DNA of 64,000 bases from an uncultured Lentisphaerales bacterium (GCA_943788985.1 CALSSJ010000011.1:1-64000); one strand, 5' to 3'; shown: positions 1-13,433, numbered from the stretch's first letter. Program-made: numbers and translations. The notes: a model not told the origin generated them from the letters alone.

Positions 1-212
1 CGACTCTCGGGCTGGGTCTGGGCTACAACGAGGATCTCATGGTGCAGGTTGACTAGCGTTTTGGCACAGCAGATCGACGTGCACATCGAGTGCTCACGGG
101 TCGTGCGGATTCTGCGTTCGCTGAGCATTGAGATGGACGTCGACGAACAGTCGGCCAAGGAAAGTTTGAACCCGCTGCAGGCGAATGTGGAGAAGTGTAC
201 ACCCAGATGATC

Positions 213-612
213 ATGACCGACGCTGCACTGGCCCGAATCTTGGTGTAGAGGATGATCCGTTTACTCGCGAAGGCCCCCGCGATTTGCTGGACGATCACCA
301 GTTCAACGTGCGGGTTGCCGCGACTGGCAGCGAAGGGCTGGAGGCGATTGCGAAGTTGGTACCAGAATTGATCTGCCTGGATGTTATGATGCTGAGTTGG
401 CAATTGGCTCTCGAAAAATTCAGTTGTTAGCCCTCTTTGTTTGGAATCGGGGGCGCAATTTGACCCGGCAGGCGCTGATGGAGAAATGCCTCGAGGAATC
501 CTTCCACTATGACTGCCGCGCCTTGGACCAGCAGATCGCGCAGCTACGCAAAAAGATCGAGTGTGACCCACGCCACCCGCAGCTCATTCGGACCGTGTAT
601 GGCATCGACTAG
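213..612 (+). pseudogene. Degraded OmpR-family response regulator
   Basis: ATG at 213 (MTDAALARILV), then a frameshift into receiver motifs VEDD...PELICLDVMM. A second frame carries winged-helix motifs (LTRQALMEKC...RALDQQIAQLRKKIECDPRHPQLIRTVYG). The middle of the protein is missing. Confidence 0.7.
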
Positions 613-690
613 CGGACCGACGCTTGAGTGGCGCTATTCTTCTGTGGCCGGTGCTGTTTCGTCCTCGACAGCGACACACCGCACAAGGTA

Positions 691-1090
691 CTAAATGGTC
701 CTGAGGTGCCTCATGCCCACGGGCCCACGGGCATGCTGGGGGCCTGGAGAGATCGCAATGTCCGAGCCAAGGTCGAAGACTGGGCCTGAGGTCAAGGTGG
801 TGGGAGCATTGACATACACCGCTCCGGAGCGAAACCTGCTATGGAAGATTTCTGCGCGCTGTGGGGACTCGGTAAGGATACGGTCGGTCAGGCGACCGCT
901 ACAGCCGTTGATGTGGGCAGCTGCAGCACCGAGAGAAGTCACGACGCCGACCGTTACGGCGAGCTCGGTCCCGGTTTCGCCCCAGCTTACGTCAGAAATA
1001 GGGTAGGCCTCGATCAGTTCACAGGTAGCTTCGTCGCCTCTCACTTCCAGACTTCCAACGAGTCTTGGAAATTGGCCTTAATGTGGGCAC
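691..1090 (-). pseudogene. C-terminal fragment of a divergent gamma-glutamyl phosphate reductase (ProA-like)
   Basis: AAAHIN..SG.LTD.ILTE, AVYVNAPT.LT.G..F.LG.DIAIS...HARGPVG resembles the ProA C-terminus. An in-frame TAA lies shortly upstream of FPRLVGSLEVRGDE. Confidence 0.6.
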
Positions 1091-1483
1091 CCACGCTTTT
1101 AAGGACACCATCTACCAAGCGAGTGATGAGTGCGCAACGCTGGGGATGGGTGGCCAGGCGAAGGTCATCGGAAGCGAGGATCGCCTCATCACCCATCTCA
1201 TACAGTTCGCGGCCCTAGTCGGCCTCCGGCTCTTGATAACTGGACACTCTCACCCTCCGGGCTGAAGATTTTTACGCAGCTCACACACAAAAGGCAGTTC
1301 GGGACTCGAGGCAAGTGCACAGCTGCTATTGTTTTATAGGCGATCGGTGGCACAGTTCGAGGCTTTGATTTGCGGCAGGTTCATGCCTGTCGACGCGTTA
1401 TTTATCGAATCTGAGCGACTCTACCTTTGTGGCGATGACGCCCTGATCCATTTCACGATCCCCAGAGGCAGACAAGGATTGTC

Positions 1484-2761
1484 ATGGCAACTAAGACACT
1501 ACCCGTAAGTCTCGATGCCCTTGAGGCGTTGACACAAGACCACCCTACACCCTTTCACCTCTATGATGAGGTCGCAATTCGCCGATTCGCGCGCGAGCTG
1601 CTCAATACGTTTGATCACGCCTCGCTACCGGGGTATCGGAACTACTTTGCGGTAAAGGCGCTGCCGAATCCTGAGATCATGCGGATCCTGCAGGAAGAAG
1701 GGATGGGCTTTGATTGCAGCAGCTACGCAGAGCTGCTGCTGTGCGAGCAGGTAGGTGCTCACAAAGGCACGCTCCCGAACGGGATGCCACGCATCATGTT
1801 CACGTCCAACAACACGCCGGCCGACGACTTCCGGAAGGCAGTGGAGCTAGGGGCGATTGTGAATCTCGACGACCTGACCCATGTGGACTACCTGCGGAGA
1901 GAGTTGGGCGAGTTCCCAAGCCTGATGTGCTTCCGCTATAATCCAGGTCCGTTGCGAACCTTCGGAGACAGTCACGATTTTATTATCGGAAGTCCGGAAG
2001 AAGCAAAATTCGGCATGACCCGGGGGCAGCTTTTCGAAGGCTACGCGGCTCTGCGGGACGCTGGTGTCACACGATTTGGGCTGCACACCATGGTCGTTTC
2101 AAATGAGCGTCATACAGACGCGCTCGCGGAGACCGCAACCATGCTTTTTGATTTGGTCGAGGAGCTGACCGAAACACTGGGGATTCAGTTTGACTTCGTC
2201 AATCTTGGGGGTGGCTTCGGTGTCGCCTATCGACCGGAGGAGCCGCAGCTTGATATAGACTGCGTGGCACAGAAAATCGCGCGACTGCGCGCAGATCGTC
2301 CCGCACTCGCTAATGTGCAGGTTGTGACCGAGAACGGTCGCCGCATTACCGGCCCTTATGGCTACCTGGTAACGCGGGTCAGGCATACCAAGGATACCTA
2401 CCGGAAGTACCTCTGCGTGGATGCCTGTATGGCCAATCTGATGAGACCTGGCATGTATGATGCTTACCATCACATTACGGTACCCGGCAAGCCTGCCGAG
2501 CCGACTGAAACGTACGATGTGGTCGGTTCTCTCTGTGAGAATAATGACAAATTCGCAGTGCAACGGACCTTGCCAGTCTCCGGGGTCGGGGACTTGATGG
2601 TTCTTCACGACAGTGGTGCCCACGGCCATGCCATGGGCTTCAATTACAATGGCAAACTGAGATCCGCCGAGCTTCTTCTCCAAAAAGACGGATCCGTGCG
2701 CGTGATTCGTCGCGCCGAGACCTACGACGATCTCTTTGCCACTCTCAATTTCACCCAATAG
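1484..2761 (+). CDS. lysA: Diaminopimelate decarboxylase
   Basis: TPFHLYDE, YFAVKALPNP (PLP lysine), EAKFG, NLGGGFG, MRPGMY, VVGSLCENNDKFA, GAHGHAMGFNYNGKLR. Confidence 0.93.
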   Translation: MATKTLPVSLDALEALTQDHPTPFHLYDEVAIRRFARELLNTFDHASLPGYRNYFAVKALPNPEIMRILQEEGMGFDCSSYAELLLCEQVGAHKGTLPNGMPRIMFTSNNTPADDFRKAVELGAIVNLDDLTHVDYLRRELGEFPSLMCFRYNPGPLRTFGDSHDFIIGSPEEAKFGMTRGQLFEGYAALRDAGVTRFGLHTMVVSNERHTDALAETATMLFDLVEELTETLGIQFDFVNLGGGFGVAYRPEEPQLDIDCVAQKIARLRADRPALANVQVVTENGRRITGPYGYLVTRVRHTKDTYRKYLCVDACMANLMRPGMYDAYHHITVPGKPAEPTETYDVVGSLCENNDKFAVQRTLPVSGVGDLMVLHDSGAHGHAMGFNYNGKLRSAELLLQKDGSVRVIRRAETYDDLFATLNFTQ

Positions 2762-2782
2762 ACCCCATACAGCAGGATCACG

Positions 2783-5314
2783 ATGAAAATCCACGAGCTA
2801 ACAGTTGCGCCGAATACACCTCCGGAACTATTCGAGCTAACTGCCTTGGCGAACAACCTTTGGTTCTCATGGACGCCGCACGTCCATCGCCTCTTTGCAA
2901 CTATCGATCGGGAGTATTGGGAAGCGTCAGAACGTAACCCCATGAAGATGCTGGGCATTGTGCCGCAAGAGAAACTGGCCGCCGTCGCCAAGGACGAGAA
3001 CTATCGCGCTGAATTGGACGCATTGTACGACCGGTTTCACAGCTACATGAGCGAGACCTCTTGGTTTGACCGCACCTACGGGAAGCGCGAGCAGCCGACC
3101 ATAGCATATTTCTGCTGTGAGTTTGGACTTCATGAGTCTGTGCCTATCTATTCCGGCGGTTTAGGGATTCTGGCTGGCGACCATATGAAATCCACGAGTG
3201 ATCTTGGCGTGCCGCTGGTCGGCATCGGCCTATTTTATCACGAGGGCTACTTTCGCCAGCGTATTGCCCCGGACGGGACCCAGCACGAGTGGTATCCGCG
3301 CAACGATCCGCACACAATACCCGTAGATCTCGTGGTCGATGAGAATGGTGAGGCGATTACCTCCACTGTAGAGATTGGCGGCAAGACCGTATGCTTTCAG
3401 ATCTGGCAGATTGCCGTGGGACGTACGCGTATTTTCCTGCTTGATACAGATCTTGAAGGGAATCCGGAAGAGCACCGCAGCATTACCCAGCGCCTGTATG
3501 AGGGCAACCGTGACGTACGCGTGCGGCAAGAAGTTCTGCTAGGGATCGGCGGCGTGCGCGCTTTGGAAGTGATGGGAATTCGCCCCAAGGTGTTTCATGT
3601 CAATGAAGGGCACTCGGCATTTTTGTTGTTGGAGCGCGTCCGGATGCTGATGGTTCGCGAGTCCATGACCTTCCAAGAAGCCCGCACCTTTGTCTGGGGA
3701 ACTAGCCTGTTCACCACGCATACCCCGGTTCCTGCTGGCAATGAAACGTTCGAGCCGCAGCAGCTATACCCCTACCTGACCGGGCTGGCAAAAGAGCTCG
3801 GGCTGGAATGGCACGAGTTCTTGGCACTGGGGCGCAACGACGGAGCCGGCGAGAACGAGCCGTTCAGCATGACCGTCCTCGCTCTGCGCCTGTGCGCGTA
3901 TGCTAACGGCGTGGCCAAGCTTCATGGCGAAGTCGCGCGCACCATGTGGCACGCATTGTACAGCGGCATGGAGGAGCAGGAAGTACCGATCGGCAGCGTG
4001 ACCAATGGCGTCCATGCTCGGACCTGGCTCAACCCGCATCTGCAGAATCTATTCCTGCGCTACATGGGCCCGACCAACGTCAACGAACTCGCAGACTTTA
4101 CGATGTTCAAGAAGGCCGAGAGCATTCCGAACCAAGAGCTGTGGGAAGTGCACAACTTCAAGCGTGGTCGTTTCGTGCGTTGGGTGCGTCGCTACATCCG
4201 TCGGGGCCTTGTGCGTGACCAGGCTGGTGCTGCGGAGATGCATGCGGTCGACGACCTGCTCGACCCCAATGCCTTAACCATCGGCTTTGCCCGTCGCTTC
4301 GCGGAGTACAAGCGTGGTAACTTGATGCTGCGAGATCGTGAGCGCCTCCGTCACATTCTCAGTAACACGGAACGGCCTGTCCAGATCATCGTCGCCGGTA
4401 AGGCACATCCTAGTGACAGCATCGGCAAGGGAATCCTGGCTGATCTGTCGCGTGCGAGTAAGGAAGACGGCTTTCGTGGCCGTCTGATTTTGCTCGAGGA
4501 TTACAGCATCGAGGTCGGCCGCCGCATGGTCCAGGGTGTCGACGTTTGGCTGAACAATCCGCGTCGGCCGCAAGAAGCATCCGGTACCTCTGGGATGAAA
4601 GTCGCCCTGAACGGCGGGCTCAACTTCTCCGTGCTGGATGGCTGGTGGGACGAGGCTTACACGCCGGAGGTCGGGTTTACCATTGGTGGCCGCGAAGGCG
4701 CCAACGACAGCGTAGATGCCAGCCGCTTCTACGACGTTCTCGAGCAGCAGATCATTCCTAAGTTTTTTGATCGTAACGAGAAAGGAATTCCCGTCGAGTG
4801 GGTACAGATGATGAAGGCGAGCATTTGTGAACTGGGCACAGAGTTCACGTCACACCGTATGGTGCGCGACTACGTCAATCAGTACTACCTGCCTGCCGAG
4901 CGCAACTCCGATCACCTTTCTGAAGATGGCTATGCGAACGCCAAAGCGCTAAGCGTTTGGCTGACTAGCTTAGAAGCGTCTTGGGAGCAAGTCAGCGTTG
5001 GCTCGGTATCTGTTGGGGAAGGCGAGATTCTTAAGGGAGTGCCCGTCCCGGTAGAGGTCACCGTCAATACGGGGACTCTGACTCACAACGACTTGGCTTG
5101 CGAAGTCGAGCACGGATCCTTGGAACACGATGGTGAGTTCGCTGAGCGCTTCTATACGCCTCTTCAGGCCCTGGAAACCAACTCGGGTACCGTTGTTTTC
5201 TCAGGCAACATCGAGTGTGCAAGGGGCGGTCGTTATGGTTATCGTGTCCGTCTGCTGCCTGGTCACCCGAGCCTGCCCACCAAGATGCTGTCGCGTTGTC
5301 TCATTCGTGCTTGA
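2783..5314 (+). CDS. glgP: Alpha-glucan (glycogen) phosphorylase, GT35
   Basis: LANNLWFSW, YSGGLGILAGDH, HVNEGHSAF, FTTHTPVPAG, GFARRFAEYKR, and the PLP motif EASGTSGMK. Confidence 0.95.
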   Translation: MKIHELTVAPNTPPELFELTALANNLWFSWTPHVHRLFATIDREYWEASERNPMKMLGIVPQEKLAAVAKDENYRAELDALYDRFHSYMSETSWFDRTYGKREQPTIAYFCCEFGLHESVPIYSGGLGILAGDHMKSTSDLGVPLVGIGLFYHEGYFRQRIAPDGTQHEWYPRNDPHTIPVDLVVDENGEAITSTVEIGGKTVCFQIWQIAVGRTRIFLLDTDLEGNPEEHRSITQRLYEGNRDVRVRQEVLLGIGGVRALEVMGIRPKVFHVNEGHSAFLLLERVRMLMVRESMTFQEARTFVWGTSLFTTHTPVPAGNETFEPQQLYPYLTGLAKELGLEWHEFLALGRNDGAGENEPFSMTVLALRLCAYANGVAKLHGEVARTMWHALYSGMEEQEVPIGSVTNGVHARTWLNPHLQNLFLRYMGPTNVNELADFTMFKKAESIPNQELWEVHNFKRGRFVRWVRRYIRRGLVRDQAGAAEMHAVDDLLDPNALTIGFARRFAEYKRGNLMLRDRERLRHILSNTERPVQIIVAGKAHPSDSIGKGILADLSRASKEDGFRGRLILLEDYSIEVGRRMVQGVDVWLNNPRRPQEASGTSGMKVALNGGLNFSVLDGWWDEAYTPEVGFTIGGREGANDSVDASRFYDVLEQQIIPKFFDRNEKGIPVEWVQMMKASICELGTEFTSHRMVRDYVNQYYLPAERNSDHLSEDGYANAKALSVWLTSLEASWEQVSVGSVSVGEGEILKGVPVPVEVTVNTGTLTHNDLACEVEHGSLEHDGEFAERFYTPLQALETNSGTVVFSGNIECARGGRYGYRVRLLPGHPSLPTKMLSRCLIRA

Positions 5315-7034
5315 TGCACGCTGACCACATCGCCGTTTGGCCCGGGATTAGGAGATCTTTTCCGACCGGGCCAAACGCGTATCTTACCATTCGCCCTCAG
5401 CAGAAGCTTGAGCTCTGGGTGGAACTGCCAGATGCAGGTGAGCAGACGCAGGTTCGCGTCCTGACTGACCTGCCAGCTGCTTTGCCCGTCATGTTGGAAC
5501 GGGAGACTCGAAAACCGCTTCTCGACCATACTGGCGAACTGCGAAGGTCGCTTCACCCTGCGACTGGCGCTGTCACGAGATGGCGTGTCGTGGGGGCTTG
5601 ATGCCGCTGAGGCCACTCGCGTACTGGTGCGCAGGCCGGTCCCACTTACCCGCTGCTACTCGTTGTTGCCGACGGCTTCTGGGACGATTTGCGCCTGGCG
5701 CGAGCGGTTGGATGTCATTCAGCAGCTTGGGTTCGACACCGTCCATGTCTTGCCGGTGACTCACATGGATGCGTCCGGTAGTCCCTACTCGGCATACGAT
5801 CTGTTCCACGTGGATCCACGTTACGCAAGGACGCCTGAGGCTGCTGATGCGGAGTTCGCATCATTTGTTGATGACTTGCGTAGACGCGGCATGCGCCTGT
5901 GTGTGGATCTGGTGTTCAACCATATCGGGATTAACAGCAAGCTGGCAATTGAGCATCCCGAGTGGCTTGAGACGAATCCCGATGAAGAAGACGGGATTCA
6001 ACGTGCTGGCTGGAGTGATGGAACCACATTCCATAAGTGGACCGACCTTGCCAAGCTCAACTACCGGAACCCGGTCGAAGCGGAGCGTGACGCACTGTTC
6101 GAGACCATGGCAGCGTACGGGCTGCATTGGGCTGCGATGGCTGCCACGACGGACGGACTCGTTCGCCTAGACAATCTGCACTCCAGCGACTCCGCGTTCA
6201 TGACTCGGTTTCTCGATCGGCTCCATTGTGAGTACCCGCAGCTGTTGATTCTCGCTGAGATGTTTGCCATTGCCAGCTCAGATTCGCGAGCATTGCTGGT
6301 CTTACGGGGTCGATATGTTGCTCGCAACACCATGGGAGCATCCGTTTGTGCCGCGCTTGAGGCACTATATCCAGCACATGCATGATGTCCGCCCCGACCG
6401 TGCTCCACCACATCCCGCTTACGAGCCACGACGCTGGCTCGCCTGCGGAGGAATTTGGCAGTGCCCGCGCTTCGATTCCTCGCTACCTAGTCTCCGCCCT
6501 CTGCGGATTCGGCTGCACGGGCATTACCCAAGGCACAGAGCAAGGGCTGGCTGCACGTCCCGCGTTTATCGGCTTTACAGATCCGACAGAGGCGGAGATG
6601 GACCCCCGCCATTTGCAGCAACATACGCGAGATGAATCTGCTACTTGCCGAGCACGTCGCACTGCGTACGCCCGGGAACCTAAGGTTTGTCGACAACCAT
6701 CATGACGCCGTTATCGCTGCCTGGAGAGAGGGCCGTGAGGGAGGGGGCGAGCTTCCTACTTATCGCAAACTTCGACACGCACCATGAGCAAACCATCGAT
6801 CTAACGGATGGTTCCCTGCCAGATATGGGCGTCGATATACGGTCTGGAGCCACCTACCGTCTTCAAGGGGCGATTACACTTGAGCCATGCGGAGTCCGCA
6901 TTTTTTCGGGTCTGACGACAGCACGCCCCGGAACCGCCCTGTGTGGAGCGGTTCAGGGGCGATACAGCAGGTTCAGGAGCTGGCGTCGGCCTCTGTGGCA
7001 GAGTCGACCAACAACAGTGCAGAATTGTGGCTGA
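5314..7034 (+). pseudogene. GH13 alpha-amylase-family enzyme (glycogen debranching glucanotransferase-like), split by about 5 frameshifts
   Basis: ATG overlaps the glgP stop. Motifs LGFDTVHVLPV, GSPYSAYD, VDLVFNH, VRLDNLHS, ILAEMF, LTSHD, GNLRFVD and LLIANFD are spread over successive frames. 3' end uncertain. Confidence 0.75.
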
Positions 7035-7245
7035 CTTCAAAGATGCCTTCCCCGACCGCGTAGGATCGAGTCTTACCATCTTTATCTATCAGAACCACAT
7101 CACCGACCGCGGTCTCGGCAATCATCGGCGCGTGGTTTAACAACACACCGAAAGAGCCTAGGATACCCGGTGCGACGACCGATTGCACAGCATCGTCGTA
7201 TACCGCGCCAACAGGCGTGAGAATCTGGAATGCGTAGTCAGCCAT
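6973..7245 (-). CDS. atpC: F1Fo ATP synthase epsilon subunit (short form)
   Basis: FQILTP.G...VVAPG..GSFGVL.NHAPMI; last gene of the atp operon. Confidence 0.9.
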   Translation of the reverse strand: MADYAFQILTPVGAVYDDAVQSVVAPGILGSFGVLLNHAPMIAETAVGDVVLIDKDGKTRSYAVGEGIFEVSHNSALLLVDSATEADASS

Positions 7246-7250
7246 GATGC

Positions 7251-9562
<2,312 letters not shown>

Positions 9563-9571
9563 GAGCTATTG

Positions 9572-11086
9572 CTACTTGTTGAAGGTCCGCTTGGAGTCTT
9601 CGAGCAGGCCCTTCAGCTGCGTCTCAAGATCGTCCGTGAGCTTCTTCGCGTCCATCAGTTGCTTGCACCAGTCGGACCCAGGGCCGTCAAGATGCTCGCC
9701 GAAATGGGCTTCGAAGGGCCGCACTTCTTCCACTGCGAGGTCGTCCAGATAACCGGCCGATCCTGCGTAGATGATCGCGATCTGCTTGGCCACGGAAAGG
9801 GGCTCGTGGACGCCCTGCTTGATGATCTCCATCAAGCGCTGCCCACGTTCCAGCTGCTTACGCGTTGCTGGATCCAAGTCCGAAGCAAACTGCGAGAACG
9901 CAGCCAACTCGCGATACTGGGCGAGCTCAAGTTTGAGCGAACCAGCTGTTGATTTCATGGCCTTGATCTGCGCGTCACCACCGACTCGGGAGACGGAGAG
10001 GCCGGGGTTGATCGCTGGACGCTGACCAGCGTTGAACAGGTCGGACTCCAGAAAGATCTGCCCGTCGGTGATCGAGATCACGTTGGTCGGAATGTAGGCA
10101 GACACATCGTTGGCCTGCGTCTCAATGATTGGCAGGGCAGTCATGCTGCCAGCACCCATCTTATCACTCATCTTGGCAGCGCGCTCGAGCAGGCGGCTGT
10201 GAAGATAGAACACGTCACCGGGGTAGGCTTCACGACCTGGCGGACGGCGAAGCAGCAGCGACAACTGGCGATAGGCCTGAGCCTGCTTGGTCAGATCGTC
10301 AAAGATGATCAGCGCATGCTTGCCGCTGTCGCGGTAGTATTCGCCCATGGCTGAAGCGGAGTACGGTGCCAGAAACTGCATCGGAGCAGGGTCTGAGGCA
10401 GTCGCCGCCACGATCGTCGTGTACTCCATGGCGCCGTGCGCCTTGAGTTTCTCATAGACCTGCACAACGGTCGAGCGCTTCTGGCCGATGGCCACGTAGA
10501 TGCAGTGTACATCTTCCGTCCGCTGGTTGATAATGGTATCGATCGCCAGCGAAGTCTTGCCGGTCTTACGGTCGCCGATAATCAGCTCGCGCTGGCCACG
10601 ACCAATCGGCGTCAAGGCGTCGATCACCTTAATCCCGGTCTGCAGCGGCTCGTGCACGTTTTTACGCTCGATAATACCAGGTGCTTTCACCTCAATATTG
10701 GCGCGTTCCTTGCCCTGGATCGGCGCGTTGCCGTCGATCGCTACACCAAGAGCGTCTACGATCCGGCCGCACAGTTCTGGCCCGACGGGTACTGATGCGA
10801 TTGTATTCGTGCGCTTTACCTGGTCGCCTTCGGAAACCGTCGTATCCGAGCCGAAGATCGCGATACCGACGTTGTCTTCTTCCAAGTTCAACGCCATACC
10901 CACAAGGCCATCGGAGAACTCGACCAGCTCACCGGCCATCACGTTCTCAAGACCATGGACACGGGCAATCCCGTCACCGACGCTTAGTACGGTGCCAATC
11001 TCGTAATTCTCTGACTTCCCCTCAAATCCGGCCAATTCAGCCTTGAGAATGGACGTCACTTCTTCGGGACGTAACTCAATGCCCAT
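9572..11086 (-). CDS. atpA: F1Fo ATP synthase alpha subunit
   Basis: [40 protein letters not shown]. Confidence 0.97.
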   Translation of the reverse strand: MGIELRPEEVTSILKAELAGFEGKSENYEIGTVLSVGDGIARVHGLENVMAGELVEFSDGLVGMALNLEEDNVGIAIFGSDTTVSEGDQVKRTNTIASVPVGPELCGRIVDALGVAIDGNAPIQGKERANIEVKAPGIIERKNVHEPLQTGIKVIDALTPIGRGQRELIIGDRKTGKTSLAIDTIINQRTEDVHCIYVAIGQKRSTVVQVYEKLKAHGAMEYTTIVAATASDPAPMQFLAPYSASAMGEYYRDSGKHALIIFDDLTKQAQAYRQLSLLLRRPPGREAYPGDVFYLHSRLLERAAKMSDKMGAGSMTALPIIETQANDVSAYIPTNVISITDGQIFLESDLFNAGQRPAINPGLSVSRVGGDAQIKAMKSTAGSLKLELAQYRELAAFSQFASDLDPATRKQLERGQRLMEIIKQGVHEPLSVAKQIAIIYAGSAGYLDDLAVEEVRPFEAHFGEHLDGPGSDWCKQLMDAKKLTDDLETQLKGLLEDSKRTFNK

Positions 11087-11098
11087 CTGGGTAACCTC

Positions 11099-11644
11099 TT
11101 AGGCGTTTAAAATATTCTTACGAATCGTAGCTAACTGAGTTCTCACGGTGAGGTCGATAACCTCATCACCCGCGATCACCATAAAACCGCCCATCAGCGA
11201 GGGGTCTTCCTGAATGCTCAGGTCAATCGTCTTGCCAAATCGCTTGCCAAGGCGGTCTGTGATTTCTTTGATCTGCGCGCCGGCCAATGGCCGAGCGGTA
11301 TGCAAGTCAACTGGCAGGATGTTCTGTTGCTGATTGTACAACACTTGCACCGCAGCGCAGATGTCCGCGAGTTGGTCTAAGCGATCACGTTCGCAAAGAA
11401 AACTCAGAAATCGTACGGTCAGCGGCTGGGCTTGGCCAGCGAACAGCTTCGACAATGTCGCCCGCTGGTCGGCGGCCTCCAGAGTTGGGCTGGTCACTAG
11501 ATCACTGAACGCTTTGCTCGCATCGAGCAGTGCCCCGATTTTTGCGGAGTCCGCAGTGATTTCCTCTGTCAGCCGCTGATCGGCAGCCAAGCCGTAGAAC
11601 GCCTTTGCGTAACGCTGCGCAACTTTGCTTGGCTGCATGCTCAC
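11099..11644 (-). CDS. atpH: F1Fo ATP synthase delta subunit
   Basis: VAQRYAKAF, DPSLMGGF...GDEVIDLTV; operon position. Confidence 0.9.
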   Translation of the reverse strand: MSMQPSKVAQRYAKAFYGLAADQRLTEEITADSAKIGALLDASKAFSDLVTSPTLEAADQRATLSKLFAGQAQPLTVRFLSFLCERDRLDQLADICAAVQVLYNQQQNILPVDLHTARPLAGAQIKEITDRLGKRFGKTIDLSIQEDPSLMGGFMVIAGDEVIDLTVRTQLATIRKNILNA

Positions 11645-12195
11645 AGCTCCTTAATCAGACGGTCAACCAGCACTTGGTTCTTCTGATCATCGAGATTCTC
11701 GCCCACCAGCATTCCTGCCAACTTAACGGCAAGTTCAGCGGTGTCAGCTCGTAGCACAGCCTGCGCACGATCACGAGCCGCGTTGATCTCACGCGTTGCA
11801 TTCTCCTCCAAGATCTTGGCCTCATCACGCGCCTTGTTGCGAATTGTCTCCGCCTCGTCAACTGCGCCATCACGGGCCGCGGCGATGATGTCTTTGGCCT
11901 TGGCATCCGCGCCAGCGATGATCTTCTCGCGCTGGGCATGGACCTCTAGGAGCTCCTGCTTGATCTTGGTGGCGTTCTCGTCGGCCTGCCGGATGTGCGA
12001 TTCGCGCTCGTCAAGAGCGTTGAGAATCGGCTTCCAGGCAAACTTGGAGAGAACGGCCAGAACGATGCCGAACGTGATCCACGTCCAAAGCACCATTGCG
12101 CCATCGACGTCGGTGAGTCCACCGCCACCACCAGCAGCCAGAATCATTGTGGGGTCTAGCATGCGCATAGCCTCCATGGCTGGCAGGCTACCCAC
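11641..12195 (-). CDS. atpF: F1Fo ATP synthase b subunit (true start probably about 10 codons downstream)
   Basis: WTWITFGIVLAVLSKFAWKPILNALDERE followed by a coiled coil. Confidence 0.92.
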   Translation of the reverse strand: MGSLPAMEAMRMLDPTMILAAGGGGGLTDVDGAMVLWTWITFGIVLAVLSKFAWKPILNALDERESHIRQADENATKIKQELLEVHAQREKIIAGADAKAKDIIAAARDGAVDEAETIRNKARDEAKILEENATREINAARDRAQAVLRADTAELAVKLAGMLVGENLDDQKNQVLVDRLIKEL

Positions 12196-12237
12196 CGAAG
12201 CGGGCAGCCGACATTAATCTTTTTGAGCGGGATGCTC

Positions 12238-12444
12238 TTACTTTGCGAGGAAACAGACAACCGCACAGAACAGTGCGACGCCTTCAATCAGGGCCGCTGC
12301 AATCAGCATCGCGGTCTGGATCTTGCCTGCGGCTTCAGGCTGGCGTGCGATGCCTTCCATTGCCGAAGCTGCGAGTTTACCAATGCCGAGGCCGGCGCCA
12401 ATAGTTACTAGGCCTGCGCCCAGAGCTGCGAGTGTACCAGTCAT
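12238..12444 (-). CDS. atpE: F1Fo ATP synthase c subunit
   Basis: GAGLGIG, ARQPEA loop, ALIEG ion-binding Glu. Confidence 0.96.
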   Translation of the reverse strand: MTGTLAALGAGLVTIGAGLGIGKLAASAMEGIARQPEAAGKIQTAMLIAAALIEGVALFCAVVCFLAK

Positions 12445-12534
12445 GCTGATCTCCGAATTATGTGTGTAAATTTGTGTGTTTTTGGAACGAGGCCGAGTAC
12501 CCTACCGAAAGACGGCAAAGTGTAAAGGCGGATT

Positions 12535-13428
12535 TTAATGTTCCGGATGCAGCATCATGCCGATGAACATCGCGGATAGAAGAGAAAAGACATAGGCCTG
12601 AAGAAAGGCCACGAAGATTTCCAGGCAGTAGATGCCCACGGCCATGCCAAGCGCCGGCAACGCGGCAATGCCAACCACATACAGCAGCCCGATGATGCAG
12701 AACAGGGCGATATGGCCGGCCAGGAGATTGGCGAAAAGACGAATCATCAGCGCGAAGGCCTTTATGAAGATGCCAATGAATTCGATGGGCGTCAGGATGA
12801 CTAGGACGGGAAGCGGAACGCCATGCGGAATGAAGGTGCCAATGAAGCCACCAATTCCATTCTTGAGGATTGCGCCGAAGATCATCATGCTGAGAGTGAT
12901 TAGCGCAAGTGCCCCGGTGACATTGACGTTGCCGGTGGCTGTTGCGAAGATCGGAATCAACCCAATCAGATTCAGTCCCAAGATGAAGAAGAAGAAGGTC
13001 AGGATGAGCGGCGCCAGCCTCCGGCCATCTTCCTTGCCGAGATTCGGGATGCAGATGTCGTCGCGCACAAATACGATCAGCGTTTCAAGCAGGTTGGTCA
13101 GGCCACTGGGGACCCGATCGCGGCGATAGAGCATCGAAAACAGGGCAACGAGAGCCGTGGAGACAATAACCAACATCAGCGCGTGCAGGGAGAGCCAGGG
13201 CGGCAGGTTGATATGAACGCCAAACGGCAAATGCCATTCATAGCTATTGGCAACATGCCCAAGGACATACTCGGTCAGCGCGGCGCCCTTATCAACTTCA
13301 ACGGCTAGGTGCTCTGCAGCGTGACCGACGGCCGCTTGCGCCGCGTCAGCGCCAGCCTCAAGGGCGGCATGAGGGTCTGCGATTTCCGCAGGACTATGCC
13401 CGTGACCGGGAGCTGCGACATTACTCAT
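12535..13428 (-). CDS. atpB: F1Fo ATP synthase a subunit
   Basis: TATGNVNVT.ALA, FALMIRLFANLLAGH, EIFVAFLQAYVF. Confidence 0.95.
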   Translation of the reverse strand: MSNVAAPGHGHSPAEIADPHAALEAGADAAQAAVGHAAEHLAVEVDKGAALTEYVLGHVANSYEWHLPFGVHINLPPWLSLHALMLVIVSTALVALFSMLYRRDRVPSGLTNLLETLIVFVRDDICIPNLGKEDGRRLAPLILTFFFFILGLNLIGLIPIFATATGNVNVTGALALITLSMMIFGAILKNGIGGFIGTFIPHGVPLPVLVILTPIEFIGIFIKAFALMIRLFANLLAGHIALFCIIGLLYVVGIAALPALGMAVGIYCLEIFVAFLQAYVFSLLSAMFIGMMLHPEH

Positions 13429-13433
13429 TCTTT

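Noticed and set aside
1..56. LGLGLG as the end of a histidine kinase
   Set aside because: Too little sequence at the window edge to support a call.
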